Shown piece after piece: positions 56,500 through 64,000 of a stretch of 64,000 bases of DNA. Each line of letters opens with the position of its first letter. Positions within the stretch are counted from its first letter, which is position 1. This stretch comes from Eledone cirrhosa (lineage: Eukaryota). A program made the translations under genes and the position numbers. The DNA is taken from positions 162,254,001-162,318,000 of the forward strand of contig OZ024743.1 in NCBI GenBank assembly GCA_964016885.1. Reading direction: 5' to 3'. The notes below the pieces were generated by a model. It saw nothing but the letters and a program-made list of their open reading frames with translations, was not told where the DNA came from and searched no databases.

Positions 56500-57383
56500 C
56501 CAGAACCCTCTCCCCCTCTCACTTTCGTTTTCCTTCGTCTCTCCCTCTTTGCGCCTGTTCTCGCTAAGATCAGACGTTTTTCTCTTCACTCTCTCTCGTT
56601 CCGTTAATGCAGATTCAGGGCTTACGCTCGGTCTCCTTTTTAACTTCTTCTCTCTCATTGGTTACTGCTACTTACATGTACTACTGTCTTGTGTTTCCTC
56701 TTCTCTATTGGTATGTTTTCTTCTGTTTTTTCTTCTGTTTATTTTCTTTTTTGTCGTTCTCTTCGCTATCGTATCTTTTTTTGTTTATTTCTGTTTTTTT
56801 CTTTTGCTTCCCTAGTAACTATACTTCGTAGTTATTAACGCACTGTAGTGAGATGTACTGTCTTTAATGTATCGAAACATCAGCAGACAGCCTTATGTTT
56901 GTGTTTCTCTTACGTTTTCTAAATAATATTTATTAGTAACCACACAGCGCCTTTGTCATTTTTAATTCATATTAATGTATTGCTCTGACCTCCGTTCTAT
57001 TCTCCCTATCTCGCCTGTTCTTGTTAATTCTGGTTTTGGACTTAAGTTCTACCATTTTGGATTGACTCCTTCCCTCTTTCTTCCTCTCCCTTTTTCTCTC
57101 TCTCTCCTACTCACTTATTCCGTCTCTCTCTCTCCCACTCACTTATTCCCCCCCTCTCTCTCTCTCTCCCAGTCACTTATTTTCTTTCTCTCCTACCATT
57201 TATCTACCCTTCTCCCCCTCTCTCTCTTCTTCCTTACCACTCTCCCCCTCTCACTCCCGTTTTCCTTCGTCTCTCCCTCTTTGCGCCTGTTCTCGTTAAC
57301 ATCAGACGTTTTTCTCTTCGCTCTCTCTATTTTCAATATACAAATGCAGAAACAGACATCATCAACATACGAAAGATAAAGAT

Positions 57384-57570
<187 letters not shown>

Positions 57571-57835
57571 AATATATATATGAGGAATGTGTGCGTCTGC
57601 TTGTGTATTCATTAGATAATAAATAAATAATAATTTCATTCATGTTTAAAAGACAGTACAGGATTACGATTTACCACATTTTCTTCTGGTGAATTATCTA
57701 AAACACCTTTAACATTTAACCCCTTATAACTGTTACTGCATGCTTATCAGTGAATCTATTACATAGGGTATGCATATCTGTGTTTATATGTGTATGTCTG
57801 TGTGCATATCTGTGTATATGTGTGAATATGTATGA

Positions 57836-58173
57836 CTATTCTCTGGTCCCAAATAATAGGGGGCGAATAAGCGGGAGCTGGTAATATTTCCAGGTTCACT
57901 CCCTTTGATTTAAAAAAAAACCAGAATTAGTCGTTTATATTACACATTGAGATTCCAACCCATCATATTTATTTTATAACGTGAGATTTCTAATGATGTT
58001 CTTTTTTGTCAAGTATGTTTTTTTTTATGTCTAAAGAAAATTAATTATATCAGGAATGCTACCACTTAAAATAAAATTTCGCCGGAGATAGATTAGCAAA
58101 ATTTAATAAGGGGTGGGGGTGAAAAAATCTGTAAAATGAACAAGCGGGCGGGGGTATTCGTGACCTGGGAGTA
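57836..58173. mobile_element. Degenerate MITE with ~19-bp TIRs
   Basis: TATTCTCTGGTCCCAAATA versus reverse complement of the right end TACTCCCAGGTCACGAATA (14/19). Confidence 0.45.
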
Positions 58174-59029
58174 ATCATCAGTGTTATGTTGATTCTGTGT
58201 GACTTATTAACATAGATATCGCTCTTAGATAGATTTCTTTCTTTATTTAGATACTGTATTAATTAGTACTTCTTTTTCAAAAGCACTATGGTGGTATTTT
58301 CACTATATTGATAAGATGGAATTTATTTATTGTATTTAAATGCATTCGTTTCTTTCTCCTTGTACGTTCCTGTCATGTCATATTCAACCCTGCGTAGTTG
58401 GCCACTGTTTATATAAAGGCCCACAAGAACTCGTCTCTTTTTACAGGGGCTGAAGAAGCGAGTAGTCACATAAACATTTACATAATCCGTAAGGTTGTCA
58501 TAAAGTAAATAAAAGCATATTTTCTTTATATAGATGTGTTCAAGATTCATTTTTCTTCTATATATTTCAGAGACATTGATCATTGCTCCAATCAGGATTG
58601 GATTTAGACCTGGGGTGGGGATCACTTCAGAGTTGGGGGTCCCTCGTACACAAAATATTAGGATATACAGCAACCCCATACCCCAATTTTAATATCAAAG
58701 TTAGCTTGGCGCAAGTAAATGGAATTGAAAAGTTATACATACAAGTATTACATTCAGAAATTCTAACCATCCTAAAACTAAAAAGCCCAGCTGAGGGCAC
58801 AAATAAATTGGTACGGCCGTCGCTGGTTGAGACCCCCACTGCAGGGGCCCCTGGTGAATTGCCCCCTTTGCCCCCCATTAAACCCGGTGAATAAATGCTT
58901 CTATTAAACAAATTAAATTATATCTTGTAAGATTCCTGTTTATTTATTTACCACAAAAAGAGAGATACACACATGTACACACACATACACATGCATACAC
59001 ACATACATATATCACACAACGCGCGCAGG

Positions 59030-59069
<40 letters not shown>

Positions 59070-59585
59070 TCTGCAAACTCTGCTAAGAGTACTGCAATCG
59101 TTTGTCAGATTATAGAGTTTGGTGCACTTTTAGGCTACGGCCAGCCACACGAACCTGTAACATATCCTGAACAAGCAATGCTTGTGCTTTGAAACTTTTT
59201 TAAGTAGGGAGAGGCTTTTCACTCGACCGATCCCACTCTCTGAAAACACTACCCGAAAATAAGAACTGGTCAACATCATCAGATGCTTCCCAAGCAGCAG
59301 TTTTTTTTTTCAGAGTTTCTCTCTCTTAGAAAGGTGTTGTGACAACAACTGGGGGCCTTTCACTCCCAGGTAAAAAAAAAAAAGTACTATTTGGATGGAC
59401 GTTGACTCTGCTGAGTTCCTCCGCCCTTTGCCTGGTCTTGTATTTCATCCCGCAGGGTGTCCAAATACCACCCTCCTCACCAAGCTAGCTTAGTGGGGTT
59501 GCCGGTTTAGTCGCCGACGACCCGACCATGAGACAGGTTGTACTGGGTTACATGTTACCAGTAGCACTCGAGAGCGACCTGCATA
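59070..59585 (-). mobile_element. RTE-derived 5' UTR-like repeat with GC-rich structured head
   Basis: Similar to 31842-32250; head contains GTCGTCGGCGACTAAA and several hairpins. Confidence 0.45.
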
Positions 59586-60420
59586 GTGAATCTGCTCCCA
59601 TGTTCTCAAGTGGTCAAATTATAATTCGCACTGATCTTTAACTTCAGCCAGACTAACATAAATACCAATTCCTTTGTTTGAGCTAACAATGTTGCCATTT
59701 AAAATAACTGCCTTTGGTTAAAAGGAGCATATTTTTAATGTTTTCTGGACACCCAATCTTTATTTTTTACCCCAGTTAATAGTTTGTTTCTTAGCTCTGC
59801 CACAGAGAGGCCCTCTGTTTTGCAGTTCGTGATTTAGTCTCACACACACACTCGCTAGCCAGCTCTGCCGGCTCAGCAACTATAGGGCTGGCTACCAACA
59901 TCAAGCAAAAAGTTAGTAGAACTCATTACTTTTAGATTTACTCACACAATCAACACGCTACAATATATATCTTTTTCTGTTGGTCATTATTTTTCCACGT
60001 GATTTCGAATCCAATCATACAACCAATAAAAACATTACAAATTCTGGTGTCTTGTTCATGTGAAAATCCATATCCATGTGATTGGTGAACTTTGTTTTCC
60101 CCACGGCAATATCACATCACCTCAACAAGCAACTACCACTACTGGTTTACTCGACCATGACAAGACTTCACAGCAACAATTCTCTCGACTCCACTAACAA
60201 CTTTGCCCGGACTTGTAGGTGCAAATCCCATTGTCATTTATAATTGAAGGTGGGCTTTATGCATGATAAAAGGCAAAGTTGACCTCGGCGTGATTTGAAT
60301 TCAGAGTGCATAAAGCCAGAACGAATACTACGATGCATTCTATCCGTTGTTCTAACGACTCTGCCGATTCGTCTCTCTCTCTTTATCTCTCTTTCTCTCT
60401 CTCTCTCTCCCTCTCCCCCT

Positions 60421-60458
<38 letters not shown>

Positions 60459-60547
60459 ATATATATATATATATATAAGTTTATCCCGGGTTCAATCGGG
60501 CGTAACCACAGTAAGTAAGGTACTCAATACATAGCAGAGTATACAGA

Positions 60548-60672
60548 TTTAATATAGAAATGTCTTCTACAGAGCTAGAACACTTTCATTCGGGAGAAAT
60601 CATGAAGGCTTCCTGATGATTTCTCCCGAATGAAACAGTTCTAATCCCGTAGAAGCCATTTCTATATTAAAT
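60548..60672. repeat. Fold-back PLE end containing a hammerhead at 60607-60657 (+)
   Basis: tttaatatagaaatg..cttctac...ttcgggagaaatcat and its reverse complement; GGCTTC-CTGATGA-tttctcccgaat-GAAAC-agttctaatccc-GTA-GAAGCC. Confidence 0.85.
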
Positions 60673-60961
60673 ATATATATAGGCTTTTTTTTCGCTGTTT
60701 TCTCTTTTCTTCACTTTCCCTTCTATTTTCCTTCCCTCCTCCCTCCTCCGTTTTCCCAATAACTTACCCAGTTATTGAACGCTCTGGGTGGTAGATATCT
60801 TGTCTTTAAAGCGTGGAAATATCCGAGACCCCCAGTAGACAACTGATGAGGAAAGCTGCCCCCCCCCCCCCCGTTCTTGCTTTCTTCCTATTCTCACTCC
60901 ATTTTAAGCTACAACACAGCAAATCCTATTCTCCATATATTTTATCATGTTTCGCTCTGAT

Positions 60962-63900
60962 CAGTCTTCTCTCTCCTTCTACCTACCTATTTCGTTACTA
61001 TCTACTCTTACCCCTCTTTCTTCCTCCCCCTTTCTCCCTCTCACTTTCACTCATCCTCTCTACCAGTCTTCTCTCTCCTTCTACCTACCTATTACGTTAC
61101 TATCTACTCTTACCCCTCTTTCTTCCTCCCCCTTTCTCCCTCTCACTTTCACTCATCCTCTCTACCAGTCTTCTCTCTCCTTCTACCTACCTATTTCGTT
61201 ACTATCTACTCTTACCCCTCTTTCTTCCTCCCCCTTTCTCCCTCTCACTTTCACTCATCCTCTCTACCAGTCTTCTCTCTCCTTCTACCTACCTATTACG
61301 TTACTATCTACTCTTACCCCTCTTTCTTCCTCCCCCTTTCTCCCTCTCACTTTCACTCACCCTCTCTACCAGTCTTCTCTCTCCTTCTACCTACCTATTT
61401 CGTTACTATCTACTCTTACCCCTCTTTCTTCCTCCCCCTTTCTCCCTCTCACTTTCACTCATCCTCTCTACCAGTCTTCTCTCTCCTTCTACCTACCTAT
61501 TACGTTACTATCTACTCTTACCCCTCTTTCTTCCTCCCCCTTTCTCCCTCTCACTTTCACTCACCCTCTCTACCAGTCTTCTCTCTCCTTCTACCTACCT
61601 ATTTCGTTACTATCTACTCTTACCCCTCTTTCTTCCTCCCCCTTTCTCCCTCTCACTTTCACTCATCCTCTCTACCAGTCTTCTCTCTCCTTCTACCTAC
61701 CTATTACGTTACTATCTACTCTTACCCCTCTTTCTTCCTCCCCCTTTCTCCCTCTCACTTTCACTCACCCTCTCTACCAGTCTTCTCTCTCCTTCTACCT
61801 ACCTATTACGTTACTATCTACTCTTACCCCTCTTTCTTCCTCCCCCTTTCTCCCTCTCACTTTCACTCATCCTCTCTACCAGTCTTCTCTCTCCTTCTAC
61901 CTACCTATTTCGTTACTATCTACTCTTACCCCTCTTTCTTCCTCCCCCTTTCTCCCTCTCACTTTCACTCATCCTCTCTACCAGTCTTCTCTCTCCTTCT
62001 ACCTACCTATTTCGTTACTATCTACTCTTACCCCTCTTTCTTCCTCCCCCTTTCTCCCTCTCACTTTCACTCATCCTCTCTACCAGTCTTCTCTCTCCTT
62101 CTACCTACCTATTTCGTTACTATCTACTCTTACCCCTCTTTCTTCCTCCCCCTTTCTCCCTCTCACTTTCACTCACCCTCTCTACCAGTCTTCTCTCTCC
62201 TTCTACCTACCTATTTCGTTACTATCTACTCTTACCCCTCTTTCTTCCTCCAACTTTCTCCCTCTCACTTTCACTCATCCTCTCTACCAGTCTTCTCTCT
62301 CCTTCTACCTACCTATTTCGTTACTATCTACTCTTACCCCTCTTTCTTCCTCCCCCTTTCTCCCTCTCACTTTCACTCATCCTCTCTACCAGTCTTCTCT
62401 CTCCTTCTACCTACCTATTTCGTTACTATCTACTCTTACCCCTCTTTCTTCCTCCCCCTTTCTCCCTCTCACTTTCACTCATCCTCTCTACCAGTCTTCT
62501 CTCTCCTTCTACCTACCTATTTCGTTACTATCTACTCTTACCCCTCTTTCTTCCTCCCCCTTTCTCCCTCTCACTTTCACTCATCCTCTCTACCAGTCTT
62601 CTCTCTCCTTCTACCTACCTATTTCGTTACTATCTACTCTTACCCCTCTTTCTTCCTCCCCCTTTCTCCCTCTCACTTTCACTCATCCTCTCTACCAGTC
62701 TTCTCTCTCCTTCTACCTACCTATTTCGTTACTATCTACTCTTACCCCTCTTTCTTCCTCCCCCTTTCTCCCTCTCACTTTCACTCACCCTCTCTACCAG
62801 TCTTCTCTCTCCTTCTACCTACCTATTACGTTACTATCTACTCTTACCCCTCTTTCTTACTCCCCCTTTCTCCCTCTCACTTTCACTCATCCTCTCTACC
62901 AGTCTTCTCTCTCCTTCTACCTACCTATTTCGTTACTATCTACTCTTACCCCTCTTTCTTCCTCCCCCTTTCTCCCTCTCACTTTCACTCATCCTCTCTA
63001 CCAGTCTTCTCTCTCCTTCTACCTACCTATTTCGTTACTATCTACTCTTACCCCTCTTTCTTCCCCCCCCCCCTTTCTCCCTCTCACTTTCACTCACCCT
63101 CTCTACCAGTCTTCTCTCTCCTTCTACCTACCTATTACGTTACTATCTACTCTTACCCCTCTTTCTTCCTCCCCCTTTCTCCCTCTCACTTTCACTCATC
63201 CTCTCTACCAGTCTTCTCTCTCCTTCTACCTACCTATTTCGTTACTATCTACTCTTACCCCTCTTTCTTCCCCCCCCCCCCTTCTCCCTCTCACTTTCAC
63301 TCACCCTCTCTACCAGTCTTCTCTCTCCTTCTACCTACCTATTACGTTACTATCTACTCTTACCCCTCTTTCTTCCTCTCGCTTTCTCCCTCTCACTTTC
63401 ACTCATCCTCTCTACCAGTCTTCTCTCTCCTTCTACCTACCTATTTCGTTACTATCTACTCTTACCCCTCTTTCTTCCTCCCCCTTTCTCCCTCTCACTT
63501 TCACTCATCCTCTCTACCAGTCTTCTCTCTCCTTCTACCTACCTATTACGTTACTATCTACTCTTACCCCTCTTTCTTCCTCCCCTTTTCTCCCTCTCAC
63601 TTTCACTCATCCTCTCTACCAGTCTTCTCTCTCCTTCTACCTACCTATTACGTTACTATCTACTCTTACCCCTCTTTCTTCCTCTCGCTTTCTCCCTCTC
63701 ACTTTCACTCATCCTCTCTACCAGTCTTCTCTCTCCTTCTACCTACCTATTACGTTACTATCTACTCTTACCCCTCTTTCTTCCTCTCGCTTTCTCCCTC
63801 TCACTTTCACTCATCCTCTCTACCAGTCTTCTCTCTCCTTCTACCTACTACGTTACTATCTACTCTTACCCCTCTTTCTTCCTCCCCCTTTCTCCCTCTC

Positions 63901-64000
63901 ACTTTCACTCATCCTCTCTACCAGTCTTCTCTCTCCTTCTACCTACCTATTACGTTACTATCTACTCTTACCCCTCTTTCTTCCTCTCGCTTTCTCCCTC
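60962..64000. repeat. 102-bp tandem satellite, ~30 units, open at window end
   Basis: Unit CAGTCTTCTCTCTCCTTCTACCTACCTATT(T/A)CGTTACTATCTACTCTTACCCC...CACTCA(T/C)CCTCTCTAC starts at 60962, 61064 and so on. Confidence 0.98.

Noticed and set aside
58593-58890. hAT/Tip100-like MITE (CAGG..GATTTA ... TTAAACCCGG)
   Set aside because: TIRs too degenerate and no TSD found
60962-64000. Satellite as a CRISPR array or a repetitive protein (102 bp = 34 codons, stop-free on plus strand)
   Set aside because: No unique spacers; absence of stops follows from G-poor composition; no ATG, and C-run indels break the frame

Overview
Eukaryotic, AT-rich, microsatellite-dense window. The SINE families and repeat style suggest an octopus or other cephalopod genome (inference). 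I could not support any host protein-coding gene; almost all recognisable sequence is retroelement-derived. Main contents: (1) a nearly intact, apparently full-length L1/Tx1-type LINE (~44834-50639, minus strand) inserted in a (GATA)n tract with a duplicated target of up to 22 bp, whose ORF2 is broken only at one G7 homopolymer; (2) many Penelope-like element (PLE) remnants with Naiad-like and Neptune-like RT/GIY-YIG domains, mostly bordered by (TA)n and often folded back as inverted repeats; (3) about 15 type I hammerhead ribozyme motifs on both strands, several with the compensatory U3-A8 core and some with long stem II inserts; (4) fragments of RTE, CRE, R4/Dong and CR1/Jockey-type LINEs, two tRNA-derived SINE families, a hAT MITE and Helitron ends; (5) a 102-bp pyrimidine-rich satellite of about 30 units running off the window end. 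Most ORFs in the supplied track are microsatellite artefacts. All family assignments come from motif recognition by eye, not database searches.
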